From Bugula neritina (Eukaryota; Animalia; Bryozoa): DNA of 64,000 bases. Each line of letters opens with the position of its first letter. The first letter of the stretch is position 1. The stretch covers positions 30,255,504-30,319,503 of the forward strand of contig OZ037765.1 of the NCBI GenBank assembly GCA_964035545.1, given 5' to 3'. Below the pieces are notes generated by a model. It was not told the origin of the DNA. It did no database searches and was given only the letters and a program-made list of their open reading frames with translations. The position numbers and the translations under genes were made by a program. Shown here piece after piece: positions 45,402 through 59,900 of the stretch.

Positions 45402-46413
45402 ATATATATATATAACAGCATGGATGCCGCTGAATGCATGATAATTTGCATAAACTATAGTATTGGTTACTGTCAACAGTGTATATTTATTTCATATTCA
45501 AGTTGTAACCTGAAAACAAATATAATCTGGTATATAATCTACACTTATTTATTAAAATTATTAATTACTTAAATAAAGAATTTTATTGCACCAATATATA
45601 GACTAAAATAATCAAATACTCACAATTATTCTGCCAATGTGTTAACAGCTATGTGCATATAATCTCTATACAGGATAAAACTATAAGTAAGGTGAATACA
45701 GCTTAGCTCACTATATTCTCCTTTACTTCTTGAACTGTAATGATTCATACAATCAGTTTGATAGCTATAACAACAAGCAAAAAAGCTTTCACCAAAAAGC
45801 TCATGCTACAGGTAGACTCTGTTCATTGTCTTAAATTATTTGTATGATTAATAGTTACTTAATTTCATATAAGAAGAGTAAGAAAGAATACGACACCTGT
45901 TATTCTAACTGCAGCCAATCATAAACATTAAAAAAAAAGAATTTTGCAATACTGACAAGGAACCAAACATATTTCATTAAGTTTGACTCAATTTTTTAGA
46001 TATCCTTCATAAGCAAGTTGAAAGATATAAACGTAAGAGAGAGTAAAAAGTCAGTAGGTATCATTAGTCATCTTGTGAAGACCAATTTTGAAACGTCAGC
46101 GTCCATTACTAAAGAAAGAACCGAGCTCCAAGAACAGAGTACACTTGACAAACTAATCTTTTCAAAAATCGAAGGAAATGAGAAAAAGAAGGCTTCCTAT
46201 AGAGTAATGGATAAGAAAGGGCAGCAGTTAATATCAGAAGAACATCTAGAAAAATTCAAAGATGTGGATAATTGCATACCAGCACAGAAACAGACCAGAG
46301 CAGAATTGAATACCAACAGAAGCTTCAGCCCTACAGGCTCTAGTTTAGAGGATTTTCTGAACACAGAGTTGTATGAAGGTCATGTGAATGCTGGTATACC
46401 CTCTTCTACATAA
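44853..46413 (+). CDS. Uncharacterised Ser-rich protein with N-myristoylation motif, 2 coding exons, ~288 aa
   Basis: Exon 44853-45305 (TTG|GTAAGT) joins 46000-46413 (TTTTAG|ATA) in frame. It starts MGSSSSK and contains IDSGVSS. Confidence 0.7.
45360..45413. repeat. (TA)n microsatellite, interrupted
   Basis: Direct reading. Confidence 0.9.
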
Positions 46414-47948
46414 GTTTGTCTTCCACAGACAGTAAAAGCTCAAATAACAAACGAAGAAAAGCTAAAAAATTTGTTCTAGTATGTGGGAAAACTCTGCTAA
46501 ATAGTTTTAATGTTTTGCATATACTTTCCAAATTAAATATTGCATTAAAGATTTAGTTTCCCGCCACCAGCACAGGACCACTGCGGTGAAAAGTGACCAT
46601 TAAAGATTCAGTTTCTGCTGCATTATTTACTACAATGATAAGTAAGTAACTAATGCAATACGCTATATGCTGCCAGTTATAATAACGTATAATATATGCA
46701 AGTCACCATCAATTCACGAGAGGCTGTTATACTTTCCATTTCCTTTTTACAGTAATAATTTATTTAAACAATCAATTAGTGGTACACAATGTTGCTATTA
46801 TAGGTGTGTGAACTTGTAGTTAGCTTACACTAGTAATAAAATTTTACAAACATGAGATGAAGAATAAATCTTTTTCACAATTTGAATGACTTAGCTAGCT
46901 AATTCCCTAACAAATGTATGCAATAAAGCAGTTCGGTCATTTCTAACTTTATTTGTTAAAACTACATTCAATAGCTTATCTTTTTATAGCTGTAGAAAAG
47001 CTAGTATTTTATTCTAACTTTATAAAGCCAAGTGAACATTGTTTATTTTGTCTATTTCTGACTATTTTTAAAACTGAGCTGTGACATGTTACAACAATTT
47101 AAAAATGATAAAAACTTTTATCATTCATCAAATTTTATTAGAATTATATTCAAAAAACAATTTTCATCAATTATAACCTATGATAAATATGTCAAACTCA
47201 TTCAAATAGCAATTTTTAGCTGTATGCACAAAGACAAAACTTGTTGGAAAAAACTGATGATGACAGAGCAATCTGCTTACTACAGTGAAAACCTGAGAAG
47301 TTTTCATGTGCAGAAGCCGAGATAAATACTGTGCTTAGTGAAGTTAACCATTTTGGTGAAATTATTACATTTAGTCTACAGCAAATATTGAGTCTCACAA
47401 ATTATAAAATTATCATGCCCTTTGTCAACTCATTTCTATCAATCTTTTTATACAATCAATTTTATCCTAATTCAAGATTTGTTGCAGGTAAGTTTTGCAA
47501 TTTATCAGCAGACTAACGAAAGAGGAGTCCCATTAATAGTTCATTGAATAAGACTGAATGTGTAACTGTAGGAATTTATTTAACAAATAAATATATTTTG
47601 CTTAATTTATGTAAACAAAAACCAACATTTAATTTTACAATAGTGTAAATATATGATACAATAACACCTTCTAAGCAATTAGTAACCCAATCCCCAACCT
47701 AATCCAAATGCATTGGATGTTAAGCTAAATTCCGAACCTATTACTTAATATTTCATAATTTATTGGAGAAATTAATGTAATCCTAAAGCTGTTTGTTAGT
47801 ACAAACAAAGCTAGGCAAATATTTGTACCAAAATATAAATATTGTTTTCCAACGCGACTAAAAACATTGACACAAGAAACATTAAAACTTGAAGAAAATA
47901 AAATATAAATATTCATGAAGGCGCTTCTTTCAACCCTAAAATCTATTT

Positions 47949-50900
47949 TTAAAATGGAATTTCATTTTGATAGTATTGGATCAAGTCATAAGCCTTGGCT
48001 CTCCAGTTTTTACAGCAGTCTATAACAATTCGGTCCATGTGTTGAGCAGCCTCTTTCTCACTCGCCTGAGGCAAGAATCTTTGTCTCAAAAGTTTGATAG
48101 TGTTACCACGGAAACAAGGAAACCCAGTGTCTAACATGAGTGACACTAGAGAGACAATAGCCTCACGATACGGCCTGCAGGTAGATTACAAGTAGTTTAA
48201 ATAAACTACGCAAATAAACAGCACAAAAAAAAAGAGAAAACAACTCTTGATTAGAACATGAAATCTTTAAAGATAATGTATTAATCGTGTTAAATGTGTA
48301 AACATTATACAAAGATTCGACTATATAAAGTGAAAATGGAAGTAGGAAATGAAACTAGTGTCAGCTAAATAACACCAAATATGAATTTTGTGAGTTTCTA
48401 AACAAAATAATAAAATCTTCTTTTTAAAATCTGAGAATCACAAGACAAATTTTTACAGAACAAGTTTATAAATAAAACTGATACTGTAACAATAATCTCT
48501 AAAACCTTTGAAAATAAAATAGAGACTCCAAGAGAGTTGCATATTGGTTCTGTTCCAACACCTCAAATACTGCGACAATCAACCAACTGCATACAAACAC
48601 AGACAGTGACAATAAGGAAAGCTTACCTGCAAGCCAGGTACGCCTGAACACAGAGCTCTCTGAACCACTGGAATGGCGGAGCATCCACACGCCCTGCAAT
48701 GATAAACACAAAGCACTTTAAGCACATGCTATATACAGCACCTGACAGATATATTTCAACTGATTATACTACTCTATAAAAAAGTGATTAATAAGAGTCG
48801 TCTGCCCTATATGAGAACTGGTAACTTATAATATTATATTGTGTAATAATACAGTAATGATGTAACAGCTGAGCCATGCTAAACCTCACCTCCCATTATA
48901 AGTACCATCTCATCAGTCAGCTTGAAATCTGGCTCAAAGCCAAGATTTCCACCGGGACTGCTCTCAAACAGGAAGCCAAAATCTGAAATTATTTGAAACA
49001 TAGTATATGCAATAATATACGCTATAGTATGTATATGCTATAATATACACTATAGTATATGCTATAATATGCGCTATAGTATATAATGCTACATGCTAAA
49101 ATATACGCTCTAGTATATGCTATAATATACGCTATAGTATATATGCTACATGCTATAACAGACGCTACATGCTATAGTCTAAAAGCCGCAGAACTTGAGT
49201 GGTAGTGGTGAAACAAAACAAACAATATGAAGTGATAAACTCATTTCAAGTCATAATAAAACAATGGATAATATATAAATGTAATAATACAACTACTTTC
49301 TTTGGGCAAGCACCTGGCTACACTTAGGGACAAAAACCAGGCTAAATATAAAATATAAAATGCGTGTGCGTGTGAAACATTACTCTACATTTGAACAACT
49401 GACAGTCACATTATACTAATTCGATTAAGACTGAATAACAGACTACGATCAGAACAACACATGCACATGTACAGCTGATAAATAACCACACCCACCTATA
49501 TGTATCAAGTGACCTTTGCTGTCCAACATGATGTTACCATTGTGTCTGTCTTTAATCTGTAAGAGGTAAGTGATGACGCTGTAAGCTGCCATACTTACTA
49601 TGAAGTTCCGTCGCACCTGAAATAGATGTACAGTTGTAATACATATAAATATAATAGATGTACAGTTGTAATACATATAAATATAATATATGTACAACTC
49701 TATCACCTCATTAAATTGTAGCTCAGTAATAGTTATTATGAGAGCAGCAACTATGTAGTATAATACCAGTAATATACTGTAATACTAACTAGTAATATAC
49801 TGTAATACCAACTAGTAATATACTGTAATACTAACCAGTAATATACTGTAATACTAACTAGTAATATACTGTAATACTAACTAGTAATATACTGTAATAC
49901 TAACTAGTAATATACTATAATACTAACTAGTAATATACTGTAATACTAACTAGTAATATACTGTAATACTAACCAGTAATATACTGTAATACTAACCAGT
50001 AATATACTGTAATACTAACTAGTAATATACTGTAATACTAACTAGTAATATACTGTAATACCAACTAGCAATATACTGTAATACTAAATAGTAATATACT
50101 GTAATACTAACTAGTAATATACCGTAATACTAAATAGTGATATACTGTAATACTAACTAGTAATATACTGTAATACTAACTAGTAATATACTGTAATACC
50201 AACTAGTCATATAGCATCAAATAGATGAGCCACTCACTGCTTGAAACTCTGTTGACATCTCGTCTCCATAATTATGCCGGAAGTATTCATACATTCCAAT
50301 GTCTGTTTGTCTGCCAATCTGGTCACGTGACTTAGTATCCGGAACACACTCGATCACTCCACTCTGCAAACCCGCAAACCATCTATTATTATTATGCTAT
50401 TACCTTATATGATGGTAATATCACCATATATTATGGTAATACAATCTTATATTATGGCAATACTAGATACCAATTGACTTCTATACACTCCAATGGACCT
50501 AGCATTTACCTCTTTTCCAAACATTTCACAAGGTAATGCATACTTAAGACTAAGACTTGAGAACTATGTTAATACAAGACGTACCCCAGGTGCTGTGGCC
50601 ACCACCCGATACGGGGCTAAGTACACCTCCAGGTCAGCCAGTTTGAACACGTGTTGGAACAGTTCCATGATTTGTAAGGCCAGCATATCCTGAAGTGGAA
50701 GTCAATGCGTATTCATCTCATGCAAGTTCATATCAACATAACAAAAACTAAACACACAGTATAAATAGAAAGGGGCGAATAACAATGGTGTACTCTAGTC
50801 TGGTAATCATCATCACTCTTCATTATTTCATGTCAATACAGTATAATGTGAGCAACAATTTTCACTTAGTATAACTTAAAGTGCTCTATTTTAAATTCAA

Positions 50901-53900
50901 GTCTGTAATACTGGAATGTACCTACGTGAAACAGCAGCTTGCTAGGCTACTACAAACATTTAAATATATCCCCAGTGTAACAACACTGAAGGAAAACTTC
51001 ATTATGTAGTTTTGCAAGTTTAGGGTTTTAATAAGTGCTTCCATAAAAACAGGGAAAGCATTCTGATTCGACGTTATTCTTGATATCTTAAAATTAGACA
51101 GCTTATTTACAGATCAAATTTTTAAATTGTAAATTTCTTTAGTTAAAAACAATATTAGGAATACAGCGTTTCATTTACATTTTATACTGTATGGAATATG
51201 TGGAATACCAAAGCCGTATTCCATATAACCAACACATTTACCAAGTCAGTTTAGGTTTTATATAATATACTGAAAGACACAACACTACATACACCCACCT
51301 GTCTCACATCATCTCCTACTTTAAAAATACAGCCTTGGTATATCTGTTTACTTTCATCAGTAAAGTCGGGCACCTCCGATACAGCCCCCAACCTTTCCAG
51401 TGCAGTTAGACCAACCTTCTCCACTTTAAACCGGGCAAAATACGGAGCCTTTGCAGCACTAGAATTGAATGTATTAAATTATTTGTAGCAGCAATTATTC
51501 AATATAGAAAAACAATGAGATTCATTGAAAAACTACCACCTTGTATCACGAACCTTGCTAAACATGCATGGCAAGTTGTTTTGTTTAAATTAACCACGCA
51601 AGTTAAAGAAATACATTCACCCCAGTCTAAAGTACACATGTACTAAAGACAGTAAGTAAAGGTGTAGTGTACGTACCTTTGCATAGGAGCTCCGGATTTG
51701 TAGTCAATCTCAAGGACAACTGATTCAGGGTTTGATGGTAGATAACAACCTAAAAAATAGTATATACATTATACACTACATGTATATACAGTACACACTA
51801 CATGCATATACAGTATACACTACATGCATATACAGTACACACCACATGTATACACAGTACACATTACCTGGTGTCACGTCTATTTTACTCAGCTCCTTGA
51901 GGCAAGCATTCTTTCTCTCCGGACCTTTAGGGAAGACCCTGATAGTCCCCGACACGTTTGTTATCTTAGCAAAGAACTCAAACTCTCTCTCGTAGAACAT
52001 ACGTGCAGAGCCACTCAGCTGTGAGATGATAGTGTCTATCAGCCCTTCCAGCTTCCTCCCAATATCCTCTGTAATATAATCCCATGATTTCTAAACCTTT
52101 GTAATACAAGCATGATGTAGTTCTTGTAATGTTAACATTCAATGTAATGTAAGTTCACTACAATATTCTTCCTAGTAATATAACCACAAATTCCCTGTAA
52201 TTGAAGCCTTTTAATTGCGTGTAATATATGCATATACTGTTCATTGCTACATAAGCATATATTATTCTTTGTAATATAAGCACGTGATGTAACAAATATG
52301 TTTAACATCATTTATGATGTAATTGAAAAACTTCATAATTATTTTTCGCATACCAAATGAAGAAGATTCCATCAATCAGTGAACTGAACTCAGTCTGGTA
52401 TGAAGTATATAGCAGGTGTACACTAACAGTATCAAACTTACCATCTAGTATTTCAGCATTTTCATCTTTATACATGTTGGTCTTCATATTCCAGATTAGC
52501 TGATGAGTGAGAAGTTGTGATCTCTTGGATGTGTTGATGATAAACTCACTAACATACCCCATCTGGTGGAAACAATGTAATACATTCAACTATAATATTT
52601 AACTACCTTACACACACATGTATAGAATATGTAGTACATGTGATATAGCAAAGTTCTTTATACACAGAAAAGAATGCATGACAACTTGTCTAATTCTTTG
52701 AGCCTTTAGTCTATATTAAAAGGCACCCTGAGTGACTAAATACTAAATATGTAAATAGTTGTAGAATAAATGCACTATAAAAATACGATATAATGCAATT
52801 ATATTTTACACACGAACAGGAAACAAGTAACCATGGTAACACACGATAGCCATGGTAACACACGGTAGTCATGGTAACACACGGTAGTCATGGTAACACA
52901 CAGTAGCCATGGTAACACATACAGTATCATATCTCAGAGCTTGCACAATCTGGGGTATGTAGAAGAGGAGGACATCAGGAGGGTAAGAGTTGAGCACACG
53001 AAGAGCATACTGCGCTGTGATTGGATGAGGGGGGTACTGTCTGGAGAAGTAGGAGAGGGCGACTACAGGTGGCACTCGGCTCCAGTTCAATATGTGGGAC
53101 AGCTAAAACCAACAATATTATATTACATAAACAAGAAGCATTCAAACCATTTGCTAAAAATGTGCCTTGTAATACTACACAATGTAAAGTAAAATGTTTG
53201 TAATGACTACAACGAATTCTATTCAAATAAATTCTTAAGAATAATCAATGCTCATGGCCAGTCTTGTGACAGTGTGCCGTGTGGTAGCGTGTCAGATGTA
53301 AGAGAGCTATGTGTAGAGCAAGAGGTGAAAATGTCACACTTTGCATATCTGCTGTTGCTAGGGATTGTATGTGCTCAGACTAAACATGTGTTTAGCCTCA
53401 CAGCTGAAGAAAAGGCCAAGTTTGCTGCAGATGTCAAGGTAAAAGTACACGATATTTGACAAACATTTATTAGTGGCTTAGTAACATTTTCAACTGGTTT
53501 CTATCATACGATTGTTTTACAGCTGGTAGAGAATGGTGATGTGTACGAGTTCTTTTCCTCGGGATACCCTGACCATGCGATAGACAACAGTGTCAACCCT
53601 TCTACAGCTTCTGTTCAAAATTTCACTTTCAACTTCACCATCTCCCCAGACAATGATGGTAACAGCATAGAATGCTCATAACACCTCAATATAAATGTTT
53701 CTTGCATATTTCAAACTTATGTGTAGCACAGCATCAGCTGTCCAGCCAAACACTTGTCAATGAACAAACTTTCTCAGTTGTTGAGAGTTCATTTTAATCA
53801 CTCTTGTATTGTGAATGTCTAGTAACAAATTCAATGCTTCCGTCTTTCTGTCTGCTTGACCAGAAGGTTTATTCTTGCAGGAGATGAAGTGTATTGTACG

Positions 53901-56900
53901 TCACTGGGTCCTGTAGGCTTTGCCACCAATGGTGTAGCCATCTACAACGCTCTGACAGGGCAATCAACGGATGCTGTCCTTTATGAAGTATTTGATGATT
54001 GCAAGGGTCACTCAAGTCCGAGTGGTGCTTACCACTACCACCAACTACCAGGTGAGAATCTTCTAAACTTTTAATATAGAAATATTAAATTGTCACTAAT
54101 TATGCAGATATGAATGTGTTTTCAAACTTATAGTCACATATTACTTCCGTTAAACTAATTCTGATGCTACAATGATTACAATACTTTATAGTCTGACAAA
54201 AAATATAAACACATTATAGGATGTGTCGGAGACATCAATGCTGAAGATGAATTCATTGGAATCGCTTTGGACGGGAACCCAATCTATGGACCCAAGGCTA
54301 GTGATGTAGCAGAACCATTGACATCAGCCGACTTGGATGCTTGCCATGGAAGATTTGTGAATGGAAGGTATCGCTATCACATCACCGCCGACTTTCCTTA
54401 CATTATCGGTTGTTATAAAGGTGATAGACTCAACGGTGTTTAACAATAATATTGAGAGGAAATAAAACCATTGATTTTCATGCATAATCCTTTCCAATAA
54501 GCAGCCATCATCTACCACATGTCGCATTCAAGTGCCACTTTTGTCACCATTCTGAATTGTATTCAATGGTAAAAAACTGTTTCCTTTTTTGTATAAAACT
54601 TTGCAGTTAGCTGTATATATTACCAACAAGTATTTGAAATAGTGAGAAAAAACTGAATAATTATTTATTGCTGGCATTGGAACTCAATACTTCAGCACTA
54701 ATGAAGCATATCTGTTGTAGCTGAACCAGCTGCTAGTAACCTAGATGGCATGGGAGAGGGACCAGGTGGAAACATGGGACCACCAGATGGAGGTGGTGAC
54801 AGACCGCCACCAGGTGGCAGAAGGAAACGACAAGCTGAGACAGCTACTTGCTCCAATGTTGACTGTAAGTTAGCTAACAAACTTATATATGATAGTAAAT
54901 TTTATACCAAGTGTTAAATTGGCTTTATAGTCTATCAGTGATGGTGAAATTTGTTCTAGATGGAGCAGAACTCTGTGACTGCACTAGCGGAACATTGTCA
55001 CATTGTGACACCCTGACAGGTGATGACAGTTGCTCTAATGACAATGAGCAGGATAATGAGGATGATGATAAAGTAGATGATGACAATGCTGGCAGCATGC
55101 TATTCTCTGTTACTGCTCTCCCTCTTATGGCAGCAGCTTGCATTGCTGTTTGCTTGTATTGATTTTCAAAATGAACATAAGTTCTATAGACATACAGTAC
55201 ATATTAATTATTCCACCTGTAAACAAAAGGTAGGGTCTCTTGTTACTAATTTACAACCCTAGACATTATAAATTATGGCAATTAGTGAGAAAACATATGG
55301 AGAAGTCTATAAGATAAGGAGTGTACAGGAATCTCAACTAATATAGAGCAGCCAAATTTCAATATGTTAAATAATTATAGTAATCAAACATTTAATTATC
55401 AAATATGAGCCAAAAATAAAGAAAATAGAAACAAATACAGTATGATATATTGTGTTTTACTGTTGAGTGAAGGTAGCAAATAAATAAATTTTAAATGTTA
55501 AAAAGTAATTATAACACACAGCATAAAGATTATAACACATAATGTAAATAAAAACAAACAAAATAGAAATTAAGTCCTGGAGATAATATCCAGACTAGAT
55601 TACAAATTTCAAAAACACTATAACTGTACTTCAAGGCCATTTTATTGCGACACACGCACAAGATGGGCTAAAATACCCAGTAAATGCTGAGTATTGATGA
55701 AACAGTTTTTTTTGGAGGGTTACCTAATATGTAGCCCTTTGAAGTATAGTACATTATGTAGTAACTACTACAGTACACTACATAATAACTACTACAGTAC
55801 ACTACGTACTAACTACTACAGTACAGTACACAGTAACTACTACAGTACACTACACAGTAACTACTACAGTACACTACACGGTAACTACTACAGTACACTA
55901 CGTACTAACTGCTACAGTACACTCCACAGTAACTACTACAGTACACTACACAGTAACTACTACAGTACAGTACACAGTAACTACTACAGTACACTACACA
56001 GTAACTACTACAGTACACTACGTACTAACTGCTACAGTACACTACACAGAAACTACTACAGTACACTACACAGTAACTACTACAGTACACTACACAGTAA
56101 CTACTACAGTACAGTACACAGTAACTACTACAGTACACTACACAGTAACTACTACAGTACACTACGTACTAACTGCTACAGTACACTACACAGTAACTAC
56201 TACAGTACACTACACAGTAACTACTACAGTACACTACACAGTAACTACTACAGTACACTACACAGTAACTACTACAGTACAGTACACAGTAACTACTACA
56301 GTACACTACACAGTAACTACTACAGTACACTACGTACTAACTGCTACAGTACACTACACAGAAACTACTACAGTACACTACACAGTAACTACTACAGTAC
56401 AGTACACAGTAACTACTACAGTACAGTACACAGTAACTACTACAGTACACTACACAGTAACTACTACAGTACACTACGTACTAACTGCTACAGTACACTA
56501 CACAGAAACTACTACAGTACACTACACAGTAACTACTACAGTACACTACACAGTAACTACTACAGTACACTACACAGTAACTACTACAGTACACTACACA
56601 GTAACTGTTACAGTACACTACACAGTAACTACTACAGTACACTACACAGTAACTACTACAGTACACTACATAGTAACTGCTACAGTACACATTAATTATA
56701 GCATGTTTAATATACATACCTCCGGGGCATCAGCTTCAAGGCTGTGAGACGTGACGAGATACTGTAGAGCCTCAGGAACATGGCGGACAGCTTCAGGGTT
56801 TAGACGCACAAGTCTCGTCACCTCCTTCACCAGAGCATCTGAGCTGTGGAACCTGCGTTATAACGATCTGTATTAAAGTAGTTTGAGCCACACCAGCTCT

Positions 56901-59900
56901 AGTTGGCCACTGCAGACGTAAGAAGTAACTGTGTCACATAAACTCAGGTGGAAGTGAGACCAGCTGACTGTAAGGACCATAGCTTACATTACTAGGATTA
57001 AATCACGTTACGTAATGACACAATGCTGACCTGAGCGGCAGCATAATGGCGAGGGCAGGAGAGATGCTCCACGCTGTCCTCACCATATCCTTGTAACCCT
57101 TCTCCGTGATGGGGGTACTCCGCCATGTGATGAGGTCTTGTTCCTCTGCTATGGCGTGATCTGGGTTACCCAGGGGGTTGTACCAGGTGCTCATTCTCTC
57201 TATCTCCGTAGACTACAACATGGTTACTATGATATAGCTGTAACTATGCTATATACTATTGTGTTACTATTATATAGCTGTAACTATGCTATATACTATT
57301 GTGTTACTATTACATAGCTGTAACTATACTATATACTATTGTGTTACTATTACATAGCTGTAACTATACTATATACTATTGTGTTACTAGTATATAGCTG
57401 TAACTATACTATATACTATTGTGTTACTATTATATAGCTGTAACTATACTATATACTATTGTGTTACTAGTATATAGCTGTAACTATAATATATACTATT
57501 GTGTTACTAGTATATAGCTGTAACTATACTATATACTATTGTGTTACTATTATATAGCTGTAACTATACTATATACTATTGTGTTACTACTATATAGCTG
57601 TAACTATACTATATACTATTGTGTTACTATTATATAGCTGTTACTATGCTATATGCTCTGGTGTTACTATTACATAGCTGTAACTATACTATATACTATT
57701 GTGTTACTATTATATAACTGTACAGTAGAACTATTTAAAGCTTTGAGTCCTATTAAGCAAATTAGTTTTACTTGTTTCAGGAGTGTAAAATTTAATAGAA
57801 AGACTTCACTGAAACTCAAATTTCAAATTTTAATTAATTAATTAATTAAACATTTGTAAGCATAAACAAAAATATTTACAGATATTATTATTCAAAACAA
57901 TAATAGTGGCATATATTATTTAATTATAATTATCTATGATATATCTATAAGTATAATACAAACTATAGTTATCTGCATATAATAAGTTAGTTTATGGTTA
58001 AAAGTAAAAGATTGAGCCACATAATAAGCTACTAACTACCCAAAAGCCCTTGGAGCAAAAAAATACAAATTTGAAAAATAGTCACCAGAAGTGAGAGAAT
58101 TAGATTCCTTCTTTTCATGTAGTCCCGGACATCCCCAGGGTTGGCCTTGGATTTGTAGGCTACAATGCGAAAACCAACTGTAAAACTTCTAAACAGTCTA
58201 GCATTTCAAATACCAAAAAAAGAAATAACATATGACTGTACTCCGAAGGGACAACAGAAGCCACCTGCCAGTGCAGAGAGTTAACCTCAAAAGTTATTCA
58301 CTATCTGAAGAGCTCTCAAAAAACAAAATTCATACTATTTATATTTTTCACTTTTTAAAAACCAGTAAATAACTTTAATATTGAAAAAATGCATAATAAT
58401 ATTAAAATTAATTATTTGAAATGTTGATTATTTAAAAATTTGTTCTCTTTGCCTTATTTTTTTATATTTAGCATATTATCGAGAGCTACTTGAGGATGCG
58501 CACATAACACTAGGATACAATAGCCTTACATGAACCAGTTGCAGAACGTTTAGATAAAGTAGCTGTAGACATATTAGAAGTGAGAGGGACGGTGTTAATC
58601 CAGCCGGAAGGAGTGCGACTATGAGTGTGATTGTACGAGTCTATTCTCTCCAGTGTTGTGTTAAGTGTAGACGACTCTACATGCACTCTATCGAAGGAAA
58701 GCACAACGTCTACAAACACAAGAGTTTACATCTACCATAGCCTGAGAAGAGCGGCCAACAGCTGCGTGCAGACAATGTCAAGTCATGCAGACATTCATAC
58801 ATGCATAACATATCTAAAAGTTACAACATAATGATAATAGTTCAAACAAACTAGAGTGTGTTAATTACATGTCATAGTATAGTATTCTCCACGTCACATC
58901 AAGACAATCTGCCCATCGGTCAATAAAAACTCATGCAAGTTTATAGTCACCATCCCTGTGAGGAAAACCCCAGATGGAAGGTTTTTTTTTGTCAAAACGA
59001 GCTAAGAACTTATTCAGATGAGGCACAGGAGCAATTATGACTGGATGCTCTTCCTAACATCACCAATGGCCTTTACTGGGGTTGCAACTTATGACTTTGT
59101 GTTTACTAAGCAAATACTCTAACCCCCTAGACCACGGCTGCTTCCTATCTGCCCATTAGTCAATAGTTAGTGTAAATTAAAAAAAAACTTAATTAGTCAA
59201 TATTGATGCCAACCTTGAAGAGAAACTAAAGAACTATTTAACAATAAAGCAAACACTGACTCTACAGCCAACAAATGACACAGGTAGCATGCACCTAGTC
59301 AACTGACCTCTATTACTTTGCTTGTAGAACTTCTTCTCCGAGTGAGTGAGTCTCCAGAACTCAATCACACCAATGATCTCTTCTTTCAGTACGTCACCTT
59401 TTAGCAGGGGGAACCGAGGCTTGATGCTGACAACACAGGAATGAGGTTTGAACAAATAATCTTAAAATCCGTCAGTTGATCACAATGTTTAATTTAAATA
59501 GAAATAATAATTCAGAAATCGAGAAAAGCCTTCACTTTAGAAGAAAAAAAGCAACAAAAGCTATGTTTTCAAGAAAACTTTAGCCTACGCCTCAAACCAA
59601 AATTTATTTGGACTACTACTGCATTTAAATATTCAAGTACCGCTTGTTAATTTTAAATAATCACAATAATATAAATGTTGAAACTCACAAAATCAAAACA
59701 TGATATAATCAATTCTGCCAAGGCCCTGGTTAAACTCCCAGCATGTGATGAGAATGCCTTTATAAGAAATTAACAAAAAATATAGCCCGAGGTACACAAA
59801 CCTGAAATAATCCAGTGTTGAGGAGTAGACCCGCTCTCTTAATACACATCTAAATGCAGCACTCGCTATTGTGTGACCTAGAAATACAAACACACTGCAT

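Noticed and set aside
53331-55162. Bacterial contamination as the source of the YHYH sequence
   Set aside because: The gene has five GT-AG introns and is flanked on both sides by in-frame PI4KA exons.
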